Part shown: positions 10,341 to 21,267 of the stretch, in pieces | Layout of the letters: each line of letters opens with the position of its first letter | Numbering within the stretch: position 1 is the stretch's first letter | Assembly: GCA_964632565.1 (NCBI GenBank) | Contig: CAZWEP010000003.1 | Location: forward strand, 3,845 to 67,844 | From: an uncultured Marinobacter sp. | GTDB lineage: Bacteria > Pseudomonadota > Gammaproteobacteria > Pseudomonadales > Oleiphilaceae | Length of the DNA: 64,000 nt | Direction: 5' to 3' | Made by a program: the position numbers and the translations under genes | Notes under the pieces: generated by a model | What the model was told of the DNA's origin: nothing | The model's input: only the letters and a program-made list of their open reading frames with translations | Databases searched by the model: none

Positions 10341-11531
10341 TCAGCAGTCCTGACCGGCGGCCACACCGGATGCCCAGGCCCACTGAAAGTTGTGACCGCC
10401 CAGATGGCCGGTCACATCCACCACCTCACCGATAAAGTACAGATCCGGCCGATCCAGTACCGCCATGGTTTTTGACGACAGTTGGCGGGTATCAACGCCA
10501 CCCAGGGTGACCTCTGCGGTTCGGTACCCTTCCGTGCCGGCAGGCTTGATCTGCCAGCGGTTCAGCGCATCGGCGGCGGCGTCCAGTTCGCTGTTTTTAA
10601 AGCTTTGCAACGGGCCGTGCCATTGATTCAGCTCGGTGAAGGCCTGGGCAAAGCGTTTGGGCAGCTGTTGGGTCAGGAATTGGGCCATTGTGGACTGCGG
10701 GTTCGAGTTCCGAAGCTCGTACAGCTCTTCCCGTGTATGCCGTCCGGGCAGCAGGTTCACGCTGAGGGCATCACCCGGCGTCCAGTAGCTGGAAATCTGG
10801 AGCATGCTGGGCCCACTCAGACCACGATGGGTGACCAGCATTGGCTCAAGGAAGTGGGTTTTCCCGCAGTGGACATCCACCGGGCAGCTGACGCCGGACA
10901 GGGGAGACAATTGGTCTTTCAGGTCCGGTTGCAAGGTGAAAGGCACCAGCCCGGCACGGGTCGGTAAAATGTCGAGGCCAAACTGCTTTGCGACATCGTA
11001 GCCAAACCCGCTGGCGCCCATGGTGGGTATGGAGAGACCCCCGGACGCAATCACCAGGGACTGGCAGAAGAACTGTCCAGCGTCGGTCTTCAGGGAATAG
11101 CCTTTTTCTTGGCTGGCCACGGTATCCACCGCAGTTTTCAATCTTATATCCACGCCGGCCCAGTCACACTCTGTGAGCAACAGATTGAGAATGTCCTTCG
11201 CGCTGTCTTTACAGAACAGCTGTCCCGCTGCCTTCTCTTCATGTTCAATGCCGTGACGTTCAACCAGGTCGAGAAAATCCTGCGGTGTATAGCGCTTCAG
11301 GGCAGAAATGCAGAAATGCGGATTGTCCGAGAGGAAGTTTGCGGGCGTGCTGTTCAGATTGGTGAAGTTGCAACGACCGCCCCCCGACATCAGAATCTTT
11401 TTCCCGGGTTTGTTGGCGTGATCGATCACCAGCACGTTGCGTCCACGATAGCCGGCGGTGGCGGCACACATCAGCCCGGCAGCGCCAGCGCCGATAATGA
11501 TAACGTCGTAGGAGTGAGACTGGTTGCTCAT
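10341..11531 (-). CDS. HI0933/YhiN-family NAD(P)/FAD-dependent flavoprotein
   Basis: IIGAGAAG, GKKILMSGGGRCNFTN, AEVTLGGV, GEVVDVTGHLGGHNFQWAWASG. Confidence 0.92.
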   Translation of the reverse strand: MSNQSHSYDVIIIGAGAAGLMCAATAGYRGRNVLVIDHANKPGKKILMSGGGRCNFTNLNSTPANFLSDNPHFCISALKRYTPQDFLDLVERHGIEHEEKAAGQLFCKDSAKDILNLLLTECDWAGVDIRLKTAVDTVASQEKGYSLKTDAGQFFCQSLVIASGGLSIPTMGASGFGYDVAKQFGLDILPTRAGLVPFTLQPDLKDQLSPLSGVSCPVDVHCGKTHFLEPMLVTHRGLSGPSMLQISSYWTPGDALSVNLLPGRHTREELYELRNSNPQSTMAQFLTQQLPKRFAQAFTELNQWHGPLQSFKNSELDAAADALNRWQIKPAGTEGYRTAEVTLGGVDTRQLSSKTMAVLDRPDLYFIGEVVDVTGHLGGHNFQWAWASGVAAGQDC

Positions 11532-11581
11532 AAGCAGGTCGTGAAATCCTGTCGGGCGTTCGGGCGCGGAGTATAACAGCC

Positions 11582-12388
11582 TCAGGGCAGCTTTACGGCG
11601 CCTTCCATGTAAAACGCGGCCTGTCCGGAAATCGCAACCCGATCCGCATTCAGGCGGCAGCGCAAAAACCCACCTCGCCGCGAGACCTGTCTGGCGTCCA
11701 GCTCGTGTTTGCCAAGTCGCTCCGCCCAGTAGGGGACAAGAACGCTGTGAATCGAGCCGGTCACCGGATCCTCATCAATGCCTGCGCCAGGTGCAAAGTA
11801 TCGACTGACGAAATCACAGGTGTCACCAGGCGCGGTAATAATGAGTCCCTGGCTGCCAAGCGATTTGAGGGCAGCAAGGTCCGGTTGTGCCTGCCGCACG
11901 GCGGCCTCGCTCGGGAGAACGATCATCGAGTTGGTGTCGTTCGACACATAATAAGAGGTGTCTGGCGCCTCTGGCAGTGCCTCGGTGATTGCCTTCGGTG
12001 TGGGCCGCTCTTCGAAGGCAAGGTTCGGGAAGTCCAGCGTCAGCCACCCATCAGCCGACCCGGTCACGCCAAGAACGCCAGACTTGGACCGGAAAAGCAC
12101 CGAGTCCCGCGGCCAAGTCATGCGATTGAACACCACCCAGGCGCTGGCCAGCGTCGCATGGCCGCACAGAGGCACTTCCGTGGTGGGTGTAAACCAGCGA
12201 ATCTGAAAATCTTCCTCGGCGTCTTCCTGCAATCTGTACAAAAAGGCAGTTTCCGACAGATTGTTCTCAGCGGCGATCGCCTGGAGGGTGTCATCGTCCA
12301 GAGGTTCAGCCAGCGGCATGACGGCAGCCGGATTGCCGCCGAATACGCGGTCTGTAAAGGCATCAATCTGGTAGATGGGCGTTTCCAT
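11582..12388 (-). CDS. PhzF-family isomerase/epimerase
   Basis: YQIDAFT...GGNPAAV, NLSETAF, RWFTPTTEVPLCGHATLA, EDPVTGS; start trimmed to METPIY. Confidence 0.9.
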   Translation of the reverse strand: METPIYQIDAFTDRVFGGNPAAVMPLAEPLDDDTLQAIAAENNLSETAFLYRLQEDAEEDFQIRWFTPTTEVPLCGHATLASAWVVFNRMTWPRDSVLFRSKSGVLGVTGSADGWLTLDFPNLAFEERPTPKAITEALPEAPDTSYYVSNDTNSMIVLPSEAAVRQAQPDLAALKSLGSQGLIITAPGDTCDFVSRYFAPGAGIDEDPVTGSIHSVLVPYWAERLGKHELDARQVSRRGGFLRCRLNADRVAISGQAAFYMEGAVKLP

Positions 12389-12596
12389 GGTTGTTCCTGT
12401 CTGGTGCGATTTTGTTGCCATTGTGGCGGCCAATATCGTCATTAGCCAGTCTTGCGACTGTGTTCGCACGAATGTCATTTCGTGACAAAAGTGGGTATTC
12501 GCGCGTCTCGGCTTTCCAACCTGTGTTGGCCGGAGCTAGACTGAATAGAACAAAAATTAAGCATCTCAGAGCGAGAACAATAATAAGGAGGCTGTT

Positions 12597-13430
12597 ATGA
12601 CGATCAGCTCGACCCCCGACGGTGTCTCTGTGGCCCCCCGTCACCTCCGTTTTGATGTATCTGATGACCTGCGCACGCTCTGGCACGGCCAGGATGTTTT
12701 TCGTACCGCCTTTTTCAATGCACTGTCCTTACAGTTTCCCGATGGCGAGCAGCAATTCATCAACGCTGTAAAGTTGTATCGCGACCGCGTCGATGACCAA
12801 AAGCTGAGCAAGGAAATTCGCGGTTTCATCGGTCAGGAAGCGCTCCACAGCCGCGAACACAAACACTATAACGAAGCGCTGAAAGCCCGTGGCTATGATA
12901 TTGACGCGCTCGATGCGCGGTTCAGCAGACACATGGCCTGGGTGGGCAGGCTGCCGCCCAGCAGGCAACTGGCGGGCACATGCGGCGCAGAGCACTATAC
13001 AGCCGTGCTCGCCAACGCCATTCTCGAACATCCGGAGTGGATGGAGGATGCAACGCCGGATATGCAAAGACTCTGGCGGTGGCATGCGATTGAAGAGACC
13101 GAACACAAATCCGTTGCGTTCGATGTTTACCAGCATTGTATCGGCGATGAGCGCCTGCGACGGGTCGTGTTCCTGTTCGTGACCTGGAACTTTTTTAAAT
13201 ACACGTTTTTGAATACCTGCAGTCTTCTCAAGGCAGAGGGGAAACTGTGGAGCCTATCTACCTGGGCCAGCGGCCTGAACTTTCTGTGGGGCAAACCGGG
13301 GGTCATTCGAAAGTGCCTGCCGGACTTCTTTGCCTACCTGAAAAAGGGGTTTCACCCCTGGCAATGCGATAATCGTGATCTGATCGATAAAAATCTGACG
13401 GATCTTGAGTTACAACAGGTATCCAAGTAA
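12597..13430 (+). CDS. Predicted metal-dependent hydrolase (ferritin-like, PF10118 type)
   Basis: FPDGEQQF, GQEALHSREH, AEHYTA, WHAIEETEHKSVAFD, GFHPW motifs. Confidence 0.85.
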   Translation: MTISSTPDGVSVAPRHLRFDVSDDLRTLWHGQDVFRTAFFNALSLQFPDGEQQFINAVKLYRDRVDDQKLSKEIRGFIGQEALHSREHKHYNEALKARGYDIDALDARFSRHMAWVGRLPPSRQLAGTCGAEHYTAVLANAILEHPEWMEDATPDMQRLWRWHAIEETEHKSVAFDVYQHCIGDERLRRVVFLFVTWNFFKYTFLNTCSLLKAEGKLWSLSTWASGLNFLWGKPGVIRKCLPDFFAYLKKGFHPWQCDNRDLIDKNLTDLELQQVSK

Positions 13431-13497
13431 CAAAAAATAACGATAATCCGCGAGGGAGCGCGCTGATTGGCCGCCCTTCGCCTTCCGGAGGCTTGCC

Positions 13498-14448
13498 ATG
13501 CGCGTTGGTCTGATTGTGGACTCAGCCTGTGATTTACCCCATGAATTTACTCGCAAAAACGACATATTCATCATGCCGGTCACCGCGGTGATCGATGGTG
13601 AGACCTACATTGATGACCACGACCCGGTTAAAACCCAGGATTTCTACAGCAGTGGTTTACTGGAAAAAGGCCACACAGCTGAAACCCAGGCGTTTTCTCC
13701 CGCCCAGATTCACGATCTGTTCATGGAAAAAATCGTCACTCAATACGACGTGGGCATTTGTGAAACGGTTGCCAAGAGTCGCAGCCTGGTTTTCGACAAC
13801 GCTACAGAAGCCATGAATTCGGTCATGGCGCATTATCAGACCGCCCGTGAACAGTCGGGTCGCCCCGGCAAGTTTTCCATGCGGGTCATCGACAGTAAGC
13901 AGATCTTCGCAGGGCAGGGGCTGCTGGCCGCCCATACCCTCAAACTGATCGACCAGAAGCTCTCCAAGAACGCGCTGCGCAATGAAGTCGATGTCTTTAC
14001 CGACAAAATCTATACCTGTGTCATTCCCAGGGATCTGCACTACATTCGTGAGCGAGCGCGTCGTAGGGGTGACAAGAGCGTATCCGCGTTTGGTGCATTT
14101 CTTGGCAAGGCACTGAACATCACACCTATTGTTTTTGGGCAGGGCGTTCAGGGAAAACCTGCGGCAAAAACCCGCAGCTTCGATGCGGCGGTCGAAAAAG
14201 TCATGAATTACGCCATCGGTAGGGTGAACGCGGGTTTGCTAACACCGTATGTAAGTCTGTCCTGTGGCATGGAATGGAGTGAGATTGAAGCGTTGCCCGG
14301 TCTGTCGCGCCTGCGTGAGGTCTGTAAGCAGGAGGGTGTTGAGCTTCTGCTGTCTCAGATGGGGATCACCAGCAGCATCTATGTTGGGCCAGGAAGCCTG
14401 TGTCTGGCCCTTGCCGCAGAACCCCACGAATTCAACGATTTCCAATAA
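13498..14448 (+). CDS. DegV family fatty-acid-binding protein
   Basis: LIVDSACDLP N-terminus, VIDSKQIFAGQG, GKALNITPI, YVGPG. Confidence 0.85.
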   Translation: MRVGLIVDSACDLPHEFTRKNDIFIMPVTAVIDGETYIDDHDPVKTQDFYSSGLLEKGHTAETQAFSPAQIHDLFMEKIVTQYDVGICETVAKSRSLVFDNATEAMNSVMAHYQTAREQSGRPGKFSMRVIDSKQIFAGQGLLAAHTLKLIDQKLSKNALRNEVDVFTDKIYTCVIPRDLHYIRERARRRGDKSVSAFGAFLGKALNITPIVFGQGVQGKPAAKTRSFDAAVEKVMNYAIGRVNAGLLTPYVSLSCGMEWSEIEALPGLSRLREVCKQEGVELLLSQMGITSSIYVGPGSLCLALAAEPHEFNDFQ

Positions 14449-14601
14449 CTCTGAGGCGTAGCGCTCCAGCGGGAGCGCTCTTGGCCGCCATTTTCTGATT
14501 TCCCGCCGCTGGGGCAAACGCCAGTCTGAGGACTGCGTGTTAGCCTCGTTGAAAGTGATTACACTACCTCTCCGTTAACCTGTTTTTACTGGAAACCTAC
14601 T

Positions 14602-15636
14602 ATGACTCAGGCAAGCTCTGAACTCGCCGACAGATTGCTGGAGCAGCACGTTAAACACGAACTGTCTTCCATGAAAGGCGCAAAGTTACGTCGTTTTCTA
14701 TCCCAGGAAGTCGACGAACTGTTCGATTATGCTGGCAGGCTGACGCTCGGGCGCATCACGTCGGCGGAGCAGGTGATGGGTCTGATTCGACGCATCGTGA
14801 TGAACATGGAGCTGGATGCCGGTATCCCGGAAATGGCCGCGGAAATGGCAACCGAAGTTCTGAATGCACCGGTGCAAAAACAAACCCCGCTCAACGAGAT
14901 TGTCTCGAGAGAGCAGGCGACGTCGTTTCTGGAGCAGGGGCTTGAGCTTAAGCAGCAACGGGAACGTGTGATCAGTGAAATCATGTCGCACCCGGTCTAT
15001 CAGGAACTGGTGTCGAATCTGGTGTATCAGGGGGTTGTGAATTACCTGTATGAAGACAATGTGATCACCAAAAGCGTTCCTGGCGTGGGTTCGGTCATGA
15101 AATTTGGCAAGCGCATGGCGAACAAGGCCGTCCCTGGCCTGGACGAATCATTCGAGCGCCGTTTCAAGGCCTGGTTGTCGGACAGCCTGCCGGGGCTGAT
15201 CAGCCGAAGTGAGCAGTTCCTCCATAAATCGCTCACCGATGACGAGCTCCGTGACAGCGTGATGGCAGTTTGGGTATCCCTGGAAGATCGCACGATTGCC
15301 GATTTGCAGGAAGGGTTAGGGGATATCCAGCTTCAGGAATTCGTCGTCCTCGGTTACGAGTTCTGGTTGGAGTTTCGTCAGACGCCTTATTTTGAAGGCT
15401 GTGTAGAGGCGGTGGTTAACCACCTTTTTGAAATGTACGGCGACCGGCCGGTGCTTGACCTTTTGAGCGACATCGGTGTGAATCGCGACGTGGTTATGGC
15501 GGAGGTGGATGGCTACGCGCTTCCCGTGATAGACGTCCTGCGGGAAGAAGGTTACCTTGAGGCGCTCGTACGGCGTCGACTGACACCGTTTTACTCGTCG
15601 TCGGCGGCAAGGAAACTTCTCAAGCAGGACGGATGA
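14602..15636 (+). CDS. Conserved hypothetical all-helical protein
   Basis: 344-aa ORF that fills the gap between neighbours and is co-oriented with them; no recognised motif. Confidence 0.75.
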   Translation: MTQASSELADRLLEQHVKHELSSMKGAKLRRFLSQEVDELFDYAGRLTLGRITSAEQVMGLIRRIVMNMELDAGIPEMAAEMATEVLNAPVQKQTPLNEIVSREQATSFLEQGLELKQQRERVISEIMSHPVYQELVSNLVYQGVVNYLYEDNVITKSVPGVGSVMKFGKRMANKAVPGLDESFERRFKAWLSDSLPGLISRSEQFLHKSLTDDELRDSVMAVWVSLEDRTIADLQEGLGDIQLQEFVVLGYEFWLEFRQTPYFEGCVEAVVNHLFEMYGDRPVLDLLSDIGVNRDVVMAEVDGYALPVIDVLREEGYLEALVRRRLTPFYSSSAARKLLKQDG

Positions 15637-15666
15637 TCCCCTGCTGGCGCTTGAAGGGTCGGTCTG

Positions 15667-16317
15667 ATGCTAATACCTGTGGAGCTCTTGTGGGCCTACC
15701 TGGTCGCCATTTCCCTGCTGACTCTGACCCCCGGTGTCGACACTTTGCTGGTGATGCGGAATACGGCGCGAGGGGGTATGGCTGATGGCACCGCCACCAG
15801 CCTTGGCATATGCAGTGGCCTCTTCATCCACGCGACCCTGTCTGCCCTGGGGATTTCTATTCTGCTGGTGGAAACGGCCTGGGCATTCAATCTGCTGAAA
15901 TGGGCGGGAGCAGCCTATCTGGTCTGGCTGGGGTTTGTATCGCTGCGTCAGGCGGTCAAGGGAGCTGACATTGGCAACAGTGCTCAGACGCCCGATGTTG
16001 CGCCAGCACGCGCCGAACGCCGGCGCTTCGGGCTGTCTTTTCGCGAGGGCGTGTTATCCAACCTGCTCAATCCCAAAACCGCGCTTTTCTACATGGCGCT
16101 GCTTCCCCAGTTTATCGATCCTCAGGGTGATGCGTTCGTTCAGTCACTGTTCCTGGCCGCGCTGCATTTCATTCTTGCTATGGGCTGGCAGTGCGCCGTG
16201 GCGTTCATGGTCATCAAATCGAGGCATCTACCGTTTGGGCAGCGATCAAAACGGTTTCTGCAGGCTTTAACCGGCACCTTTTTTGTGGCCATTGGTGTCC
16301 GCCTGGCGAATCAATAG
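15667..16317 (+). CDS. LysE/RhtB family translocator
   Basis: LTLTPGVDT, KWAGAAYLVWLG, EGVLSNLLNPKTALFYMALLPQFI. Confidence 0.9.
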   Translation: MLIPVELLWAYLVAISLLTLTPGVDTLLVMRNTARGGMADGTATSLGICSGLFIHATLSALGISILLVETAWAFNLLKWAGAAYLVWLGFVSLRQAVKGADIGNSAQTPDVAPARAERRRFGLSFREGVLSNLLNPKTALFYMALLPQFIDPQGDAFVQSLFLAALHFILAMGWQCAVAFMVIKSRHLPFGQRSKRFLQALTGTFFVAIGVRLANQ

Positions 16318-16356
16318 GCATGGTTCACCTGCTGGCAGAAACGTTTTTCCACCGAC

Positions 16357-16387
16357 AAAAAAAGAGGAGCCGAAGCTCCTCTTTTTT
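16357..16387. terminator. Bidirectional rho-independent terminator
   Basis: A-tract GAGGAGC-CGAA-GCTCCTC T-tract between the convergent lysE and fdxA genes. Confidence 0.9.
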
Positions 16388-16400
16388 GATGGCTGATTGA

Positions 16401-16724
16401 TCAGCGCTCCAGATACTGGAGTTTATCCGGCTTGCCGTCCCACTCTTCAGCGTCAGGAAGCGGATCTTTTTTCTCGGTGATGTTCTGCCACTTGCCCGCC
16501 AGGTCGGCGTTCAATTCAATAAACTGGACCTGATCCGCTGGCAATTCGTCTTCTGAAAATATTGCTTCAGCAGGACATTCCGGCTCGCAAAGAGCGCAGT
16601 CAATGCATTCGTCCGGGTCGATAACCAGAAAGTTCGGACCCTCATAGAAACAGTCCACCGGACATACTTCTACGCAATCCGTGTATTTGCACTTAATGCA
16701 GTTATCAGTAACGACAAAGGTCAT
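16401..16724 (-). CDS. fdxA: 7Fe ferredoxin FdxA
   Basis: [51 protein letters not shown]; downstream of mutS. Confidence 0.96.
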   Translation of the reverse strand: MTFVVTDNCIKCKYTDCVEVCPVDCFYEGPNFLVIDPDECIDCALCEPECPAEAIFSEDELPADQVQFIELNADLAGKWQNITEKKDPLPDAEEWDGKPDKLQYLER

Positions 16725-16821
16725 GGTCAGTCCCCTGGTCCAGTAGTCAATCTCATCAGTGTAAAAATAGTTGCGCGATATTGTAGGGAGCCCCCTGCAC
16801 AGGCGCAAGCACTCTGAGTGC

Positions 16822-19431
16822 CTATCTGCGTTTCGCCTGTTGCTTCAGCTCATACAGGCGATTTAGCGCTTCCCGTGGAGTCAGTTCGTCGAGGTCCATC
16901 TCCGAGAGGGCCTTTTCAACTTCGCTGGGTTCTTCGCTGTTAAACAGTTCACCCTGAAACGCCGAGCTACTGGCAGGTGGTTCATTGTCAGCGACACGGG
17001 AAGCCGTCACGCTGGCCGACACCGACTGGCCCTCCAGACTCGACAACTGGTGTTTGGCGTTACGGATGACATCCTGTGGCACACCAGCCAGTTGAGCGAC
17101 CTGAAGGCCGTAACTCTGGCTTGCCGGGCCATCGTGGACGTTGTGCAGGAACACGATGGTGTCGTCATGCTCCGTAGCGGTGAGATGAACGTTCACCGCA
17201 TGTTCAAGCTCTTCTGCCAACTGTGTCAGCTCGAAGTAGTGCGTTGCAAACAGGGTGTAGCAACGAATTGTCTTTGCCAGGTGCTCCGCCGTGGCCCAGG
17301 CTAGTGACAAACCATCGAAGGTGCTGGTGCCGCGGCCGACCTCGTCCATCAGCACCAGGCTGTGTTCCGTGGCATTGTGCAGAATATTGGCGGTTTCGGT
17401 CATTTCCACCATGAAGGTCGAGCGGCCACCGGCGATGTCATCTGAGGAGCCCATCCGGGTGAAAATGCGGTCCACCGGGCCAATTTCCACACGATTGGCC
17501 GGTACAAAGCTGCCGGTGTAGGCCAGAAGTGATATCAGCGCCACCTGCCGCATGTAGGTAGACTTACCGCCCATGTTGGGGCCGGTAATCACCAGCATGC
17601 GTCGCTTTTCGTCCATCAGCAGGTCGTTGGGTACGTAGGGGTCGCTCAGTAATTGCTCCACCACCGGGTGACGACCTTCTTCAATGTCGATACCGGGTGC
17701 ATCCCGGAACTGCGGAGGGTTGAAGCGCAGGCTGGTCGCCCGTTCTGCAAAATTGCTCAGAACGTCGAGCTCTGCCAGTGCCTGGGCCGCGTCTTGCAGA
17801 GGCGCCAGTTGCTCGGCAACGGTCTCCAGCACTTCGTCGTAAATGGCCTTCTCCCGGGACAGGGCGCGGCTTTTGGCGCTCAGCGCCTTGTCTTCAAATT
17901 CTTTCAGCTCAGGAGTGATGAAACGCTCGGCGTTTTTCAGGGTCTGGCGCCGGATATAGTCTACCGGCGCTTGGTCCGCCTGAGCCCGGCTGATCTCAAT
18001 GTAATAGCCATGCACCCGGTTGTAGCCAACTTTCAGAGTGGTGATGCCGGTACGCTCGCGTTCGCGGGTTTCGACGTCCAGCAGGTATTGTCCAGCGTTC
18101 TCACTGATATTGCGGAATTCATCCAGCTCTTCATCGAAGCCCTCGCGAATGACGCCGCCGTCCCGAATGACAACGGGAGGGTTATCCACGATGGAGCGTT
18201 CAAGAAGATCGGCTAGCTCCGGGTATTCGCCAATGACGGTTGCCAGCTTGACGACATGATGGGAGTTCACTGGTTTCAGAGCGTGTTGGAGATCGGGCAA
18301 CGCCTGGAAAGCATCCCTCAGCCTGGCGAGATCACGGGGACGGGCAGAGCGCAGGGCAACCCGCGCAAGCACCCGCTCGATGTCTCCGACAGCCTTAAGC
18401 AGCTCATGAACCGGCTCATACTGAAAATCCTCGAGCAGGGCCGCGACGGCCTGTTGACGTTGCTCCACCACGGTCACATCACGCAGCGGCCGATTCAGCC
18501 AGCGCCGAAGTTGCCGCCCACCCATGGCGGTTGCCGTTTTGTCCATGACCCACGCCAGCGTGTGCTGGTTGCCGCCCATCAGGTTGATGTCGATCTCGAG
18601 ATTGCGGCGGCTGGCAGCATCGAGAATTACGGTTTCCTCGCGACGCTCGCGGCTTATCTTACGGATGTGAGGTAGTGCAGTGCGCTGTGTTTCACGGGCG
18701 TATTGAAGCAGACAGCCCGCGGCACAAATAGCGAGGGTGAGGTCCTCGCAACCAAAGCCGGTGAGGTCGCGAACCTGAAGTTGCTGGGTGAGTACGCGGT
18801 GTGCCGTGTCCGATTCGAACAGCCAGGGTCCCTGACGCCGGATACCGGTGTAGCCCTCCAGAACCTCCTGGTAGGGGAAGTCCTCGCTGATCAGAATTTC
18901 AGCGGGCTGAAGTCGCTGCAATTCGCCTCGAAGGCTTTCCAGGTTGTCCAGTTCGGACACCGAAAACCGCCCACTGGAAATATCCAGCGAGGCAAAACCG
19001 AATTGTTCCTGGCGATGGTAGATGGCAACCAGCAGGTTGTCGCGGCGATCCTCAAGGAACGCGTCGTCGCTCAGGGTTCCGGGCGTAACGATGCGAACCA
19101 CTTGCCGCTCGACAGGCCCTTTACTTGTTGCCGGATCGCCAATCTGCTCGCAGATGGCGATGGATTGACCTGCTCTGACCAGACGTGCAATGTAACCTTC
19201 AGCGGAATGATATGGGATGCCCGCCATGGGAATGGGCTGGCCGCCGGACTGTCCGCGCGCGGTCAACGTGATATCCATCAACTCGGCCGCTTTGCGGGCA
19301 TCCTCGTAAAACAGCTCATAAAAATCGCCCATCCGGTAGAACACGAGTTCGTTGGCGTGCTCGCCCTTGATTTTAAGGTATTGCCTCATCATCGGGGTGT
19401 GCTGTGACAGGTCGGTCTGGGCTGCTGACAT
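16822..19431 (-). CDS. mutS: DNA mismatch repair protein MutS
   Basis: [59 protein letters not shown]. Confidence 0.98.
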   Translation of the reverse strand: MSAAQTDLSQHTPMMRQYLKIKGEHANELVFYRMGDFYELFYEDARKAAELMDITLTARGQSGGQPIPMAGIPYHSAEGYIARLVRAGQSIAICEQIGDPATSKGPVERQVVRIVTPGTLSDDAFLEDRRDNLLVAIYHRQEQFGFASLDISSGRFSVSELDNLESLRGELQRLQPAEILISEDFPYQEVLEGYTGIRRQGPWLFESDTAHRVLTQQLQVRDLTGFGCEDLTLAICAAGCLLQYARETQRTALPHIRKISRERREETVILDAASRRNLEIDINLMGGNQHTLAWVMDKTATAMGGRQLRRWLNRPLRDVTVVEQRQQAVAALLEDFQYEPVHELLKAVGDIERVLARVALRSARPRDLARLRDAFQALPDLQHALKPVNSHHVVKLATVIGEYPELADLLERSIVDNPPVVIRDGGVIREGFDEELDEFRNISENAGQYLLDVETRERERTGITTLKVGYNRVHGYYIEISRAQADQAPVDYIRRQTLKNAERFITPELKEFEDKALSAKSRALSREKAIYDEVLETVAEQLAPLQDAAQALAELDVLSNFAERATSLRFNPPQFRDAPGIDIEEGRHPVVEQLLSDPYVPNDLLMDEKRRMLVITGPNMGGKSTYMRQVALISLLAYTGSFVPANRVEIGPVDRIFTRMGSSDDIAGGRSTFMVEMTETANILHNATEHSLVLMDEVGRGTSTFDGLSLAWATAEHLAKTIRCYTLFATHYFELTQLAEELEHAVNVHLTATEHDDTIVFLHNVHDGPASQSYGLQVAQLAGVPQDVIRNAKHQLSSLEGQSVSASVTASRVADNEPPASSSAFQGELFNSEEPSEVEKALSEMDLDELTPREALNRLYELKQQAKRR

Positions 19432-19511
19432 CAAAGGTTCCGGATTTTGGCTTTAAGTGAGACGTGGGATTGTAAGAAAATACGGCCCACGATGAAACGA
19501 AGGAGATCATT

Positions 19512-20015
19512 ATGTCATTTACGGACGCGGATCTGGCGAAAGCTGGTGATGATCTCTCGGATCTGCTTCTGCAGCGTGGCATCACCGTTGCAACCGCGGA
19601 GAGTTGCACGGGAGGCTGGATTGCCAAGGTGCTGACAGATCGCGCAGGGTCATCAGCCTATGTTCTGGCGGGCCTGGTTACCTACAGCAACGATGCCAAG
19701 CAGGAACTGCTGGGCGTAACGGATGTTTCTCTTTCTGGTCACGGTGCCGTCAGCGAACCTGTGGTTCGCGAAATGGTGGCGGGTGCCTTGGCAACAACCG
19801 GGGCCAGCGTGGCCGTCGCAGTCAGCGGCGTGGCAGGTCCGGGTGGCGGCACCGATGACAAACCTGTGGGCACCGTTTGGTTTGCCTGGGGAAAGTCGGC
19901 TGCGGATACCGAGGCGGTGATGAAACACTTCAGCGGAGACCGGGACTCTGTCCGTCGACAGGCCGTGGTCTTTGCCCTTGACGGTGTGAAAGACTATCTG
20001 GAGAACCGATCGTAA
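19512..20015 (+). CDS. pncC: CinA C-terminal family NMN amidohydrolase (PncC)
   Basis: ATAESCTGG, GSSAY, TYSN, GAVSE, SGVAGPGGG, KPVGTVWF; lies upstream of recA. Confidence 0.9.
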   Translation: MSFTDADLAKAGDDLSDLLLQRGITVATAESCTGGWIAKVLTDRAGSSAYVLAGLVTYSNDAKQELLGVTDVSLSGHGAVSEPVVREMVAGALATTGASVAVAVSGVAGPGGGTDDKPVGTVWFAWGKSAADTEAVMKHFSGDRDSVRRQAVVFALDGVKDYLENRS

Positions 20016-20053
20016 AGCAGGGGTTGGTGTTCTTCTCCGCTTGTGTTTTAATA

Positions 20054-20069
20054 CTGTTCAAATATACAG
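20054..20069. promoter_or_regulatory. LexA (SOS) box of recA
   Basis: CTGTTCAAATATACAG = CTG-N10-CAG, 83 bp upstream of recA. Confidence 0.9.
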
Positions 20070-20152
20070 GGAAATCTGTTTTCAGGCGTCCCTGATCATA
20101 ATTTGCTGCGGGTCATCTCGACAGCGATCACGGCGACAGAGGGTGTGTAACG

Positions 20153-21202
20153 ATGGAAGACAACCGTAAGAAGGCGTTGAACGCAGCGCTCAGTCAGATT
20201 GAACGCCAGTTCGGCAAAGGCGCTGTCATGAAAATGGGCGATCAGCCCCGTGAAGCGATTCCTGCCGTTTCAACAGGCTCACTGGGACTGGACGTCGCTC
20301 TGGGCATAGGCGGGCTGCCTTACGGTCGGATTGTCGAAATCTACGGTCCAGAAAGCTCGGGTAAGACCACTCTGACGTTGCAGGTGATTGCGGAAGCCCA
20401 GAAAGCGGGCAAAACCTGTGCGTTTGTCGACGCTGAGCACGCTCTGGATCCGGTCTACGCGGAAAAGCTCGGTGTGAATGTCGACGATCTGCTGGTTTCG
20501 CAGCCGGACACCGGTGAGCAAGCTCTCGAGATTGCCGATATGCTGGTGCGCTCCAACGCGGTGGACGTGATCATTGTGGACTCGGTAGCAGCGCTGACGC
20601 CGAAGGCCGAAATTGAAGGTGAGATGGGCGACAGCCACGTGGGGCTCCAGGCGCGACTGATGTCCCAGGCGCTACGCAAGCTGACCGGTAACGTGAAGCA
20701 TGCCAACTGCTTGCTGGTATTCATCAACCAGATTCGTATGAAGATTGGTGTGATGTTCGGTTCACCGGAAACCACAACCGGCGGTAACGCGCTCAAGTTC
20801 TATTCATCGGTACGTCTCGATATCCGTCGGATCGGCTCGGTGAAAGACGGTGACGAAGTGGTTGGTAACGAAACCCGCGTCAAAGTCGTCAAAAACAAGG
20901 TCTCGCCGCCTTTCAGACAGGCCGAATTCCAGATCATGTACGGTAAGGGCATCTATCACATGGCCGAAGTTCTGGATATGGGCGTCAAAGAAGGATTCGT
21001 CGACAAATCCGGCGCCTGGTATGCCTATAAAGGTGACAAGATCGGCCAGGGCAAGGCGAATGCCTGCAAATTCCTGGAAGAGAATCTCGATCTCGCCAAT
21101 GAGATTGAGTCCAGTGTGCGCGACAAGTTGATGCCGAAGCCGGTTCAGAAAGAGAGCGAGTCTCAGCAGGCCCCGGCAGAAGCCAATGAAGAATTGCTGT
21201 AA
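20153..21202 (+). CDS. recA: Recombinase RecA
   Basis: [51 protein letters not shown]. Confidence 0.99.
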   Translation: MEDNRKKALNAALSQIERQFGKGAVMKMGDQPREAIPAVSTGSLGLDVALGIGGLPYGRIVEIYGPESSGKTTLTLQVIAEAQKAGKTCAFVDAEHALDPVYAEKLGVNVDDLLVSQPDTGEQALEIADMLVRSNAVDVIIVDSVAALTPKAEIEGEMGDSHVGLQARLMSQALRKLTGNVKHANCLLVFINQIRMKIGVMFGSPETTTGGNALKFYSSVRLDIRRIGSVKDGDEVVGNETRVKVVKNKVSPPFRQAEFQIMYGKGIYHMAEVLDMGVKEGFVDKSGAWYAYKGDKIGQGKANACKFLEENLDLANEIESSVRDKLMPKPVQKESESQQAPAEANEELL

Positions 21203-21220
21203 AGCAATCTGATCATTAAA

Positions 21221-21254
21221 GGCACATACTGGGTCTCTGGTGTGTGCCTTTTTT
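21221..21254 (+). terminator. recA intrinsic terminator
   Basis: GGCACATAC...GTGTGTGCC stem followed by TTTTTT. Confidence 0.75.
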
Positions 21255-21267
21255 AATGGTGTTGAGA

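Noticed and set aside
16725-16808. N-terminal extensions in the ORF track (fdxA, phzF, PilZ, fabG-like, fleS, fliI, fliL, hptB and others)
   Set aside because: Downstream ATGs match family N-termini and RBS positions better; starts were trimmed
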